Below, piece by piece: positions 52,440-61,665 of a stretch of DNA of 64,000 bases. The DNA comes from Candidatus Omnitrophota bacterium (GTDB taxonomy: Bacteria; Omnitrophota; Omnitrophia; Omnitrophales; Aquincolibacteriaceae). Below the pieces are notes generated by a model. It worked only from the letters and a program-made list of their open reading frames with translations, searched no databases and was not told the DNA's origin. Made by a program: the position numbers and the translations under genes. Position 1 is the stretch's first letter. Each line of letters begins with the position of its first letter. The stretch covers positions 4,947-68,946 of the forward strand of contig CAIOAT010000042.1 of the NCBI GenBank assembly GCA_903856085.1, in the 5' to 3' direction.

Positions 52440-52784
52440 TTAGAACGTAATCCTCTCGGCGATCTCATGGATCACCGGAATCTCCCACCGCTCCCCCATC
52501 AGCACCTTCACAATCCCGATGAGTGAAAGGATCCCGAGAACCACAAACGCCAACGTAAATACCAAGTCCCCCAATGCGGGAACGACCTTCAGGATTGCCG
52601 CGGCCAACTCCAGGATAAAAAGCACCAGGGCCTGTTTTCCGTGAAAAAGCGCAAACTTGTTCTCTTTCTTGAGTACAAGCGGCACAAAACAAAGAAAGCT
52701 CAGATAGCCAATCGCCGCAAAAAACTGCGCATCCTGAATCTCCGGGTCCTTGGGCGCCACAACTTTTTCATTCGCAGTCATCAT
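52440..52784 (-). CDS. DUF4870-family small membrane protein
   Basis: AAIGYLSFLCFVPLVLKKENKFALFHGKQALVLFI pattern. Confidence 0.55.
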   Translation of the reverse strand: MMTANEKVVAPKDPEIQDAQFFAAIGYLSFLCFVPLVLKKENKFALFHGKQALVLFILELAAAILKVVPALGDLVFTLAFVVLGILSLIGIVKVLMGERWEIPVIHEIAERITF

Positions 52785-52896
52785 TTCTCCTTCGTTTAAA
52801 CAAGCAAGCTATTATAGGAAGACCCGTGCTCAACCGTCAAGGTGCAATCCTGAAAAATTGATACCGCTAATCCATCGAGTCGCACGTTGACCCGGA

Positions 52897-53235
52897 TCAC
52901 GCAACCGCGGGATTTGTTTCACGACAAACCGGTGGAATCGTCCGTTCCATCGGAATAAAAAAACTCCCCACTTCGCATACTCCGATGAACATCCGGCGCA
53001 ACATGTAAACAGTTCCCATGCCTAATCCTGGGAAAAATCCGGAACCGCCTTGATCCTTCATGTCCGTATGGATCGTACACGGGATTTCGGCAAAGCTGGT
53101 CACAATGTTCTCAAGTCCGCGACCGAACTTTGTTCCGATCCCGTACATGTAATCGCCAACCGTCTCTTCGGCAGACACAAAAGGCACCAACAGCAACATC
53201 CCCACGGTCATTAAAAGCAATATTCTGATGCGCAT
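52897..53235 (-). CDS. small secreted protein, paralog of 3017..3349, last gene of the mla operon
   Basis: Signal peptide; shared motifs with 3017..3349 (YG.GTKFGRGLEN...GSGFFPGLGMG...FFIP); 10-nt gap after mlaD. Confidence 0.6.
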   Translation of the reverse strand: MRIRILLLMTVGMLLLVPFVSAEETVGDYMYGIGTKFGRGLENIVTSFAEIPCTIHTDMKDQGGSGFFPGLGMGTVYMLRRMFIGVCEVGSFFIPMERTIPPVCRETNPAVA

Positions 53236-53245
53236 AAACCTGCTC

Positions 53246-53881
53246 CTAGGAACCCTTGCGAACCATACGCCAGGGATGTAATTTTAGGTCCGCAGTCATG
53301 TCGCGAAGATTTGCGGAAACCTCATGAAAATTGCCAAGGGTTTTCGAGATCTCTTCTTTATTCCCTCCGACCACATCGTTTACGGTCTTCAGCAGCGGAT
53401 TCAAGCTTTCGGTCATCTTCGCCACCTCATCCGCCAAAAGATTCATCTTACGGATTAGGACATGCATCGGGATCGGATCCACGCCCTCGATCACTTTGCC
53501 AGCTTCCATGGGAGGAGCATCTTTCGAACCAACGGAAATCTCGATAAACTTTTCTCCCATCATCCCAAGGGTATCGATATACGCCACACTATCCTTGCGG
53601 ACAAAGGCGTCCTGAGAAACCTTGATTGTCACCAAAACAGGCCTAGCTTGCCCTCTCAGGATCTGGATACTATCCACCTTGCCGACTTCGCGACCCGCAT
53701 AATAAACGGGCGCGCTGTCGCTCAAACCGCTCAAGTATCCGAACTGAACCTTCCATTCGTTGGCCCCTTTCTTAAAATAGCCTCCGACCACGAACGTGAG
53801 CACCAGCAGCAGAACGAGTGCGACCAGCACAAAAAATCCTGATTTAATCTCGGATGACGAATAAGCATTTGATGAATCCAT
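53246..53881 (-). CDS. mlaD: MCE-domain phospholipid ABC transporter substrate-binding protein MlaD
   Basis: N-terminal TM plus MCE domain. Confidence 0.8.
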   Translation of the reverse strand: MDSSNAYSSSEIKSGFFVLVALVLLLVLTFVVGGYFKKGANEWKVQFGYLSGLSDSAPVYYAGREVGKVDSIQILRGQARPVLVTIKVSQDAFVRKDSVAYIDTLGMMGEKFIEISVGSKDAPPMEAGKVIEGVDPIPMHVLIRKMNLLADEVAKMTESLNPLLKTVNDVVGGNKEEISKTLGNFHEVSANLRDMTADLKLHPWRMVRKGS

Positions 53882-53906
53882 CTTTTCCTCCTCTGGAAAC
53901 GACTTC

Positions 53907-54712
53907 TTAAGTGGAAAGAAGCCCTTTTAAATAAGCTTCGCTAGTTTGTTTGAACGGGATGACACCTTCGGACTCTCCATGAATAAACTGCTGAACATAC
54001 GAATCTTTTGAATTTTTGATCTCGTCGGCCGTACCCACCTGCAGCACTTTGCCTTTATGAAGAATGATGATTTTGTCAGCAATACGGAATGCGCTTTTCA
54101 TTTCATGCGAAACCACCACAGAAGTAATATTGAGTTTCTTGCTGAGATCCAGAATCAGGCGATCGATCATGCTTGCAGTAATCGGGTCCAGACCCGCACC
54201 CGGTTCGTCATAGAACACTATTTTCGGGTCAAGTGCGATCGCACGCGCGAGTGCCACGCGTTTTTTCATCCCGCCCGAGATTTGATGCGGCATGAAATCC
54301 TCAAAACCTGTCAGCCCCACCAGCTCCAATTTCACACGAACAATGATACGGATGATCTCAGGAGAAAGGTCCGTGTGCTCCTTGAGTGGCACCGCAACGT
54401 TCTCCCCAACGGTCATAGAATTAAAAAGCGCCGATCCCTGAAAGAGCATGCCAAACTTACGCCGAACTTCGTTCATATCCTTTTCTTTGAGCCCCACGAT
54501 GTTCTTGCCATCCACCAAGATCTCACCAGAAGTCGGTTGATGCAAAGCAATCAGATGACGTAAAAGGGTCGTCTTGCCGCACCCCGAGCCTCCCATAATG
54601 ACCGTGATCTTACCCCGCGGAAGCGTGACGTTGATACCGTCCAGCACGTAAGATCCCCGAAACGCTTAACAAGATTCTTGACTTCGATAACAGGTTCTTC
54701 AGATTCGCTCAT
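53907..54712 (-). CDS. mlaF: phospholipid ABC transporter ATP-binding protein MlaF, apparent frameshift near the 5' end (54640..54665)
   Basis: ATG 54712 frame gives MSESEEPVIEVKNLVKRFGDL then garbage; the main ORF (GTG 54647) starts VLDGINVTLPRGKITVIMGGSGCGKTT; together they reproduce the canonical ABC N-terminus if one base is added. Confidence 0.75.
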
Positions 54713-54719
54713 AAATTCC

Positions 54720-55520
54720 TCACGTGGGCAAGGCGTAATAAATGACCGCCGTCGCCAAACAATCCACCACAATGATCAGCACGATCGAGATCACAACCGC
54801 TTGTGTTGTAGCTTTCCCTACCGCATCCGCGCCGCCGGAAACAGAAAGCCCCTGGTGACAACTGACAAGTGCAATCAGAATGCTAAAAATAAAACTCTTG
54901 AGAAGCCCGGTATAGATGTCTTTGAGAACAAGGGCATCAATACTCTTGGCGATATAAAGACTGGAATTGATCCCAAGACCCGTCGTCCCGATTGCCCAGC
55001 CACCGATCATCCCCATGACATCTACAATGACCGCCAAGCACGGCAACATCAAAGCCAACGCAAGAACACGCGGCACAACGAGATACCGGATCGGATTAAT
55101 GCCCATGGTAGTAAGCGCATCCACCTCTTCCTGAACCATCATGGTCCCGATCTCGGCTGCCATCCGTGCGCCAATGCGTCCAGAGATCACGATCGAAGCG
55201 ATCAAGGGTCCGAGTTCACGGGCCATCGCAACGCACACAAGACTCCCCGTGTACATGATAGCCCCAAAGGTTTTTAAGGAATAAGCCGCTTGCAGGGCGA
55301 GTACCGTCCCGACCGAAGCTCCCACTAGCGAAACGATCGCCGTGGAATCAATGCCGATCAAGACCATCTGGCGAAAAAGCACTTCACGAGGGATGACCTT
55401 CTTTTTAAAGAAAGCCGAGATCGTATAACCAGCAACCGCCGCCCCTAGCTCCCACAACCGGGCGACACCCGCCAAAACAAAAAGCAAACCCTGTCCGATA
55501 TTGCCTGCGAATTCTTTCAT
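54720..55520 (-). CDS. mlaE: phospholipid ABC transporter permease MlaE
   Basis: MlaE/Ttg2B permease family. Confidence 0.85.
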   Translation of the reverse strand: MKEFAGNIGQGLLFVLAGVARLWELGAAVAGYTISAFFKKKVIPREVLFRQMVLIGIDSTAIVSLVGASVGTVLALQAAYSLKTFGAIMYTGSLVCVAMARELGPLIASIVISGRIGARMAAEIGTMMVQEEVDALTTMGINPIRYLVVPRVLALALMLPCLAVIVDVMGMIGGWAIGTTGLGINSSLYIAKSIDALVLKDIYTGLLKSFIFSILIALVSCHQGLSVSGGADAVGKATTQAVVISIVLIIVVDCLATAVIYYALPT

Positions 55521-55545
55521 ATGTAAATATTCCTTAAATGTCCGC

Positions 55546-55890
55546 TCAGGTTTTAGCGCCTAAACACTCGACCGCCTCCGCGACGGTGGCGGTGATCTCA
55601 AAAATGCTGTCAAGTTTTGCGATCTCGAAAACACCTCGAACCGTGGAAGTGAGCGCCGCGAGAATAAGCCGGCCTTGATAGCGTTTAGCCTTCTGGAATG
55701 CTTCTACAAAGGTCGCGATGCCGGAACTGTCCATATAGTCCACGCCGCCCAAGTTCACAAGGATCTTGGGAGCCTGTTTCGCGGTCAATTCCGTCAATTT
55801 TTCACGAAGTTCAGGCGAAGAATGATAATCCAATTCCCCGGAAAGTTCTAACACTTGAATATCCCCTTGATTCGACGATTGTATTTTCAT
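55546..55890 (-). CDS. STAS-domain anti-sigma-factor antagonist (RsbV/SpoIIAA-like; MlaB-like by position)
   Basis: VLELSGELDYHSSPELREKL...VNLGGVDYMDSSGIATFV with the phosphorylatable Ser context. Confidence 0.75.
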   Translation of the reverse strand: MKIQSSNQGDIQVLELSGELDYHSSPELREKLTELTAKQAPKILVNLGGVDYMDSSGIATFVEAFQKAKRYQGRLILAALTSTVRGVFEIAKLDSIFEITATVAEAVECLGAKT

Positions 55891-55906
55891 AGTTCACCTT
55901 CCCTTT

Positions 55907-56311
55907 TCAAATTTTGGTCCTGTGCTTGATCAAACGAAGCCGGTTCCCTTCCGGGTCCTGATCGTCATAGATCATCTGATCCATGATCGTCCTGATAAAA
56001 TGAACTCCCAGACCGCCCGGTTTGTGGCGTGGAAGTTCCGGGGAGGGCACTTGAGTCGGATCAAACTTCTTACCCCAGTCCTCCAGCACAATTTCGATCT
56101 TATCGTCAGAGGTTCCAACGGTCACCGCCATCTTGCCCGATTTGCCCTGATAAGCGTGCCTGATAATATTCGTCAAAGCCTCATCGACCGCTAAAAGAAT
56201 CTCTTCGGCGGACTTCTTTTCCCATCCCGCCTGGTTCAGAATGTGGCGAAGTTCCTTTCGGAAAGGCGAAAGAACCTCGGACGAGGCTGTCAGTTCAAAT
56301 CTTTTTTCCAC
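55907..56311 (-). CDS. anti-sigma regulatory factor / Ser-protein kinase (RsbW/SpoIIAB-like GHKL ATPase)
   Basis: EALTNIIRHAY N-box and GGLGVHFI G-box; preferred start GTG 56311 (AGGGGG SD) rather than the track's GTG 56389. Confidence 0.6.
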   Translation of the reverse strand: MEKRFELTASSEVLSPFRKELRHILNQAGWEKKSAEEILLAVDEALTNIIRHAYQGKSGKMAVTVGTSDDKIEIVLEDWGKKFDPTQVPSPELPRHKPGGLGVHFIRTIMDQMIYDDQDPEGNRLRLIKHRTKI

Positions 56312-56961
56312 TCGACCCCCTGCTGGAGGAGTTCCCGGAGGATCGTGCGAGACGAAAAGATTCTCCGAGTCCTTTCTTTCGCAAAGCACATCTGAAGATA
56401 CCGCGCGACGATATCGACTTCGAGATTGACCTCAAAACCCACCCGTTTGATCCCAAGAGTTGTGACTTGAAGCGTGTGCGGTATCACCGCGATCTGAAAT
56501 ATCTTCCCGCGAACTTTCTGCACTGTCAAACTAATCCCGTCGCAAGCAATCGATCCTTTGTCCGCGAGAAGTGCGATTATATCCTTGGAGGCCGTCAGGA
56601 ACAAGGTCGTATTCTTCTTTCGCTTTTCGATCTTCACAATCGTACCACGACCATCAATATGCCCTGTGACGAAATGCCCGCCAAGCCCATCCCCGATCTT
56701 CAAAGATCTCTCAAGGTTCACGCGTCCTCCGCGTTCCAGCATTCCCAGCGTGGTCGCTTCCAGAGTTTGGCGCACCACATCCACTTCAAAACCTCTGGCG
56801 CTCGCGCGCACTGCGGTGAGACACACCCCGGATACCGCGATGCTGTCCCCGACCTTCAAACCTTTTTCTTTTTTCTGAAAGCGAAACCCGAACCGGACTT
56901 GGCCGCCGCGCTCTTCTTTCTTTATAACGATACCCTGATTCTCAACAATGCCTGTAAACAT
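56290..56961 (-). CDS. ribE: riboflavin synthase
   Basis: MFTGIVE...duplicated lumazine-binding domains. Confidence 0.85.
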   Translation of the reverse strand: MFTGIVENQGIVIKKEERGGQVRFGFRFQKKEKGLKVGDSIAVSGVCLTAVRASARGFEVDVVRQTLEATTLGMLERGGRVNLERSLKIGDGLGGHFVTGHIDGRGTIVKIEKRKKNTTLFLTASKDIIALLADKGSIACDGISLTVQKVRGKIFQIAVIPHTLQVTTLGIKRVGFEVNLEVDIVARYLQMCFAKERTRRIFSSRTILRELLQQGVEWKKDLN

Positions 56962-56973
56962 AATCTCCTCGCC

Positions 56974-58089
56974 TTATTTTTTATGAAATGATCCTTCAAA
57001 AATCCAATCATCTCCTGAACGCATGACCTTGTCCGTCTTAAACAAGAACGCCTCCTCCGGCGTTCTCACCCCAAATCCCTCCACCGAAGTCTTGGCATTA
57101 CGCCCACCGAAGACCTTAGGTGCGAGGATCCAAAAAGCGCGGTCCACGCACCCCGCTTCCAAAAAGGACCATGCCAATTCCCCTCCGCCTTCGACCAAGA
57201 GTTTAGTCACACCCAACGACGCGAGTTTTTTAAGAAGCTCACGCACTTCGATCCTGCCGCGTTTTTCCTTAACAGGCAAAAGCATCAGCGTTCCTTTTTG
57301 AGTCTCCGTTTTTTTAACAATCGTCTTAAGCTCTTTTTCTGAGAATACGAGAATCGTAAGCCGATTGTCTTCAAAGATACGCGCTTTCCGGGACCAACCT
57401 TGGGCGGAGATCATCACGATCTTCCATGGTTTTCCGGCAGCAAGAGAGCTCGAACCTTTCGGGACGGTGAGTCGGGGATCATCCTGACAGAACGTGTTCT
57501 TCCCCACCAGGACTGCGTCATGACTTGCCCGAAGCTTGTGGACGAATTTCCGTGAAAGCGGCGAAGAGATCCAGCGAGAGAAACCCTCCCGCGTTGCGAT
57601 CTTGCCATCCAAGGTTTGCGCCATCTTGAGCGTCACAAATGGACGCTTTGCGGTCATCGTTTTAAAAAAACCTTCATTTTGCCTCCGAATTTCATCTTCT
57701 AGAATGCCGATGGTGACGGTGATTCCCTGTTCGCGCAGAAAACGGACCCCTTTACCGTGATTCAAAGGATTGGGATCCAGACAACCGATCACGACTTCCC
57801 GGATGCCTTTTTCCTTGATGAGAGGCGCGCAAGGCGGTGTTTTCTGCCAGGTTGCGCAAGGTTCCAGGGTCACATAAAGGGTAGCGCCTTTGGCTTTTTT
57901 CCCTGCCTGAGCCAGGGCATGGGGCTCGGCGTGCGGCCCGCCAAATTTTTCATGAAAACCGGAACCTACGAGCTTTCCTTTGGAAACGACACAGGCGCCA
58001 ACCATGGGATTGGGACTGACGCAAAAACGTCCCCTCTCCGCCAAAGCGATCGCTCGCTTCATCCATATTTCATGCGGCGGAAGGGTCAT
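56974..58089 (-). CDS. ribD: bifunctional diaminohydroxyphosphoribosylaminopyrimidine deaminase / 5-amino-6-(5-phosphoribosylamino)uracil reductase
   Basis: HAEPHAL...TLEPC CDA zinc motif plus C-terminal RibD_C reductase domain. Confidence 0.9.
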   Translation of the reverse strand: MTLPPHEIWMKRAIALAERGRFCVSPNPMVGACVVSKGKLVGSGFHEKFGGPHAEPHALAQAGKKAKGATLYVTLEPCATWQKTPPCAPLIKEKGIREVVIGCLDPNPLNHGKGVRFLREQGITVTIGILEDEIRRQNEGFFKTMTAKRPFVTLKMAQTLDGKIATREGFSRWISSPLSRKFVHKLRASHDAVLVGKNTFCQDDPRLTVPKGSSSLAAGKPWKIVMISAQGWSRKARIFEDNRLTILVFSEKELKTIVKKTETQKGTLMLLPVKEKRGRIEVRELLKKLASLGVTKLLVEGGGELAWSFLEAGCVDRAFWILAPKVFGGRNAKTSVEGFGVRTPEEAFLFKTDKVMRSGDDWIFEGSFHKK

Positions 58090-58519
58090 GGTCCTTGGGA
58101 TTTTTCGGCTTTTCGGTGTGATTGATCTTATCGAGGATGCCGTTGACGAACTTGCCGGATTCTTCCTGCGAAAATTTCTTGGCGAGATTCACAGCTTCAT
58201 TGAGAGTGACCTTCGGCGGAACATCGGCCAGATAAAGGAGTTCATAAGTCGCGAGTCGCATGACATTTCGGTCGATCATGGCCATCCGGGAGAGTTCCCA
58301 GTTGTCCGCATACTTCTCAAGAACCTTGTCGATCTCCACTTGATGTTCTACGGTCCCGAGAGCGAGCTTTTCAGAAAAACGCCGGGTCTCCTCGGAGTAA
58401 GTCTCATCTTGTTCGGACCAAAATTTCTCCAGGATCTGCGGCATGGGTTCAGGGTTCATCTCATACTGATAGAGGATCTGAAGCGCGCATTCACGCGACT
58501 GGGTTCTTTTACGAAGCAT
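58070..58519 (-). CDS. nusB: transcription antitermination factor NusB
   Basis: RECALQILYQ...WELSRMAMIDRNVMRLATYELLY NusB fold. Confidence 0.85.
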   Translation of the reverse strand: MLRKRTQSRECALQILYQYEMNPEPMPQILEKFWSEQDETYSEETRRFSEKLALGTVEHQVEIDKVLEKYADNWELSRMAMIDRNVMRLATYELLYLADVPPKVTLNEAVNLAKKFSQEESGKFVNGILDKINHTEKPKNPKDHDPSAA

Positions 58520-58552
58520 TTTTTCCTTTATGTCCGGCCCGAAACGAAAACG

Positions 58553-59056
58553 TTACTTTTTCCGTTTTCGGATCTTGGGACTTTTTATCTTTTCGGATAA
58601 TTGCTCATTAAGACTCGCGATCTCAAGTGCCGCCAGAGCAGCCTGTTCGCCTTTATTGCCGTGTTTCAGGCCTGCCCGGTCGATCGCCTGCTCCAGATTA
58701 TCCACCGTGATCACACCGGTTGCGATCGGAGTTCCGGTCTCAAGCGCCACCTGATCGATCCCGCGCGTCAGCTCGTTTGACACGCACTCAAAGTGGTAAG
58801 TCCCTCCGCGGATCACACAACTGAGAGCGATCACTACATCGCAATGCCTTCGGGCCTTCAACTGTTTGCAAAAAAACGGCACTTCCAAACCTCCTGGGAC
58901 CCAAACGATCTTGATATTCTTTTCTGGCACCCCAGCCTTGCGCAAGGTCGTCACGGCTCCCTCTAACAGGCGATCGGTGATGTACTTATTGAACCGGGAA
59001 ACAACAATCCCGAATTTTTTATTCCCGGCAATGAGTTTCCCCTGATACGTGGTCAT
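58553..59056 (-). CDS. ribH: 6,7-dimethyl-8-ribityllumazine synthase
   Basis: KFGIVVSRFN...ALSCVIRGGTYHFE lumazine synthase motifs. Confidence 0.9.
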   Translation of the reverse strand: MTTYQGKLIAGNKKFGIVVSRFNKYITDRLLEGAVTTLRKAGVPEKNIKIVWVPGGLEVPFFCKQLKARRHCDVVIALSCVIRGGTYHFECVSNELTRGIDQVALETGTPIATGVITVDNLEQAIDRAGLKHGNKGEQAALAALEIASLNEQLSEKIKSPKIRKRKK

Positions 59057-60261
59057 GGATTCGGATCGCCTTCCAAGATATGCCCGAGTTTGTCTTTTTT
59101 AGTTTGCATGTATTTTGCGCTGACAGGATTCGCGGGCATGATGATCGGAAGGCGCTCCACCACCTGCAGTCCATAACCCTCCAGCCCTACGATCTTGCGA
59201 GGATTATTCGTCATGAGACGAAGCTTCGAAAGACCGAGGTCATGCAGGATCTGCGCCCCGATCCCATAATCCCGAAGATCCGGTTTAAACCCCAGCGCTT
59301 CGTTCGCCTGAACCGTATCAAGCCCATGTTTATCCTGAAGTTCATAAGCCTTAATCTTATTCGCCAAACCGATCCCACGGCCTTCCTGGCGCATGTAAAG
59401 AATCACGCCGGCGCCTTCGCGTTGGATCATTTTCATGGCCGCGATGAGCTGTTCCTGGCAGTCGCAACGGATAGAACTCAAGACTTCCCCCGTAAAACAT
59501 TCGGAATGAACGCGCACCAGCGCTGGCTTATCGCCGATCTGTCCCTGAATAAGTGCAACATGTTGAGCCCCGTCAAGAACCGACTCATAGATTCGAATGG
59601 TCCAGATCCCGAACTTTGTCGGAAGTTGAGCCTCGCTCACTTTTTGGACGAGCTTGTTTGTTTTCGTACGGTAAGCAATAAGATCACGGATGGTCCCGAT
59701 CTTGAGATCATGCATTTTCGCGAACTCTTTGAGATCAGGAAGGCGTGCCATTTTTCCATCATCATTAACGATCTCACAGATCACAGCAGCAGGAGGCAAC
59801 CCGGCAGCCTCCACTAGGTCGACGGCCGCTTCGGTATGTCCGGCACGACGTAACACACCGCCCTGTTTGGCCTTCAGCGGAAAAATATGCCCGGGGATCA
59901 CAAGGTCTTCGCGTTGGGTCTTAGAGTCGGCCAGAAGCTCAATCGTTCGATTGCGGTCATAGGCCGAAATCCCGGTCGTAACACCTGTCTTTGCGTCCAC
60001 CGATACCGTAAAGGCGGTCTTCATGGCATCTTCAGGATTCGGGTTCATTTGATCGAGCCCCAAGACCTGAATACGATCCGCCGTCATGGGAACACAGATC
60101 AGTCCCCGCGCAAATCTCATCATGAAATTAATCATCTCAGGGGTCGTCTTGGACGCAGCGAAAACAATATCCCCCTCGTTCTCGCGGGTCTCGTCATCGG
60201 TCATGATGACCATGCGACCTTCGCGAATATCCTGAATGATCTCTTCCGTTGTGTTGAGCAT
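59053..60261 (-). CDS. ribBA: bifunctional 3,4-dihydroxy-2-butanone-4-phosphate synthase / GTP cyclohydrolase II
   Basis: [12 protein letters not shown] synthase motif; C-terminal CxC...C zinc motif (CDCQEQ) and [13 protein letters not shown]. Confidence 0.9.
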   Translation of the reverse strand: MLNTTEEIIQDIREGRMVIMTDDETRENEGDIVFAASKTTPEMINFMMRFARGLICVPMTADRIQVLGLDQMNPNPEDAMKTAFTVSVDAKTGVTTGISAYDRNRTIELLADSKTQREDLVIPGHIFPLKAKQGGVLRRAGHTEAAVDLVEAAGLPPAAVICEIVNDDGKMARLPDLKEFAKMHDLKIGTIRDLIAYRTKTNKLVQKVSEAQLPTKFGIWTIRIYESVLDGAQHVALIQGQIGDKPALVRVHSECFTGEVLSSIRCDCQEQLIAAMKMIQREGAGVILYMRQEGRGIGLANKIKAYELQDKHGLDTVQANEALGFKPDLRDYGIGAQILHDLGLSKLRLMTNNPRKIVGLEGYGLQVVERLPIIMPANPVSAKYMQTKKDKLGHILEGDPNP

Positions 60262-60303
60262 TTTTATAACGTCTCCGGGTCACGCACAAGACACTACTGG
60301 GCT

Positions 60304-60332
60304 ATGGTAACAACAACCTGTTTTCTTGTCAA
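60304..60332 (-). promoter_or_regulatory. candidate sigma70 promoter of the rib operon (TTGACA-17 nt-TACCAT)
   Basis: -35 at 60332..60327, -10 at 60309..60304, about 40 nt upstream of the ribBA ATG. Confidence 0.3.
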
Positions 60333-60627
60333 AACCTGTTTTCCTAAGTCATTCATTAGAAGTGACTTACGAGTCTTGACGGAAAAACTTCAGGAGATTT
60401 CCGTTAAGCTGAGGGGTTTTGCAAGGCATCTCTTTGGCGATGAGAAACAACCGAGGAACCTTGAGGCCTTGTTCGCTTCTTTCAAAAGCTAAAACCTCTT
60501 CGTGAGCAAAACAACCAGAGCCTCAAGGGTTTTGCCTATCGAGCCATGAACTTTTTAATTTTGTAATATTGCTAAAGAAAGCGGCAATCCAAAGTTCACC
60601 GTTAGCGCTTTTTTACCTAAAGCGCCG

Positions 60628-61494
60628 CTACGCGGGCTTATTAATCTTGGCCTTCAGAATCGCGCTGGTCTGATCCAGAACGTCCATGATATTGATCGGC
60701 ACAGCAAGCACCACCGTATTCGAAGCCGTGGGCCCAAGACCGTCTATGGTTTGAAGGGTCCTGAGCTGCATAGCCCCAGGGCTTTCCGCCATGATCTTAG
60801 CTGCCAGAGCAAGATTCGCCGAGGCATCCCGATCGCCTTCCGCTTTGGTGATCGTCGCACGTTTTTCCCGTTCGGCCGAGGCCTGACGCGACATCATTTT
60901 CTTGAGATCTTCCGGCATGTCGATATCCTGGATCCGGATGCCGGTCACTTCAAGGCCCCAAGCTTCCGTGTCTTTTTCCACATTCGCCTCGATCTTCTTA
61001 CCGATCTCCTCGCGCTCGGTGAGAAGCTGGTCAAGCGTCATCTGCCCGATCACATCACGAAGCGAGGTCTGGGAATACTGCGAGATCGCATAACGGAAAT
61101 CCTGCACTTTAATGATCGCATTCGCGGGATCATCGACTTTAAAAAAGATGACCCCATTGATCTTCACAGGTACGTTATCTCGGGTAATAACCTGCTGGGA
61201 AGGAATGTCCATGGTAAGGACGCGCATATCGATCTTCCTCACTTCTTCAATGACCGGAATGATGAAAAACAACCCCGGACCCGCAATCCGGCTGAATTTC
61301 CCGAGCTGGAACACCACGCCTTTTTCCCATTGCGCGGCTATCTGAACTCCGGAAGCAATGACCATGGAGGCAAAGAACCAGACCATGCCCAAAAATCCCC
61401 CGAGAGCCTGATTCGCCATAAAAATAGGTGCGCCTACAAAAAAACCCGCAATGAGAAGAGCAAAGAAAATGAGCCCTGAGATTGGATTATTCAT
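60628..61494 (-). CDS. SPFH/band-7 (stomatin/slipin-like) membrane protein
   Basis: TM followed by an SPFH domain (QQVITRDNVPVKINGVIFFKV...); ATG 61494 with GGGAGG SD preferred over the track start. Confidence 0.8.
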   Translation of the reverse strand: MNNPISGLIFFALLIAGFFVGAPIFMANQALGGFLGMVWFFASMVIASGVQIAAQWEKGVVFQLGKFSRIAGPGLFFIIPVIEEVRKIDMRVLTMDIPSQQVITRDNVPVKINGVIFFKVDDPANAIIKVQDFRYAISQYSQTSLRDVIGQMTLDQLLTEREEIGKKIEANVEKDTEAWGLEVTGIRIQDIDMPEDLKKMMSRQASAEREKRATITKAEGDRDASANLALAAKIMAESPGAMQLRTLQTIDGLGPTASNTVVLAVPINIMDVLDQTSAILKAKINKPA

Positions 61495-61665
61495 GGGAGA
61501 CCTCCCTGTTGGGGTTGCAAAGACTTTGCCACTCGCTGGACGGGGCAATTCGCTATTATTTTTCAGAGATTCAACGATATCGAGCAGACCAGGATCGTTT
61601 TCCATACAACACAGCTCCCCGTGGTTTTTAAAAAACCTCGGGGCGATTCTAACCCCAGAGTGGGA

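Noticed and set aside
56312-56389. Track start of the RsbW-like ORF (GTG 56389)
   Set aside because: It would overlap the ribE 3' end by 100 nt. An internal GTG at 56311 with an AGGGGG SD gives an RsbW-sized protein. Not fully excluded.
60262-60627. FMN riboswitch upstream of ribBA
   Set aside because: None of the conserved RFN segments were found by eye on either strand; a covariance-model search is needed.
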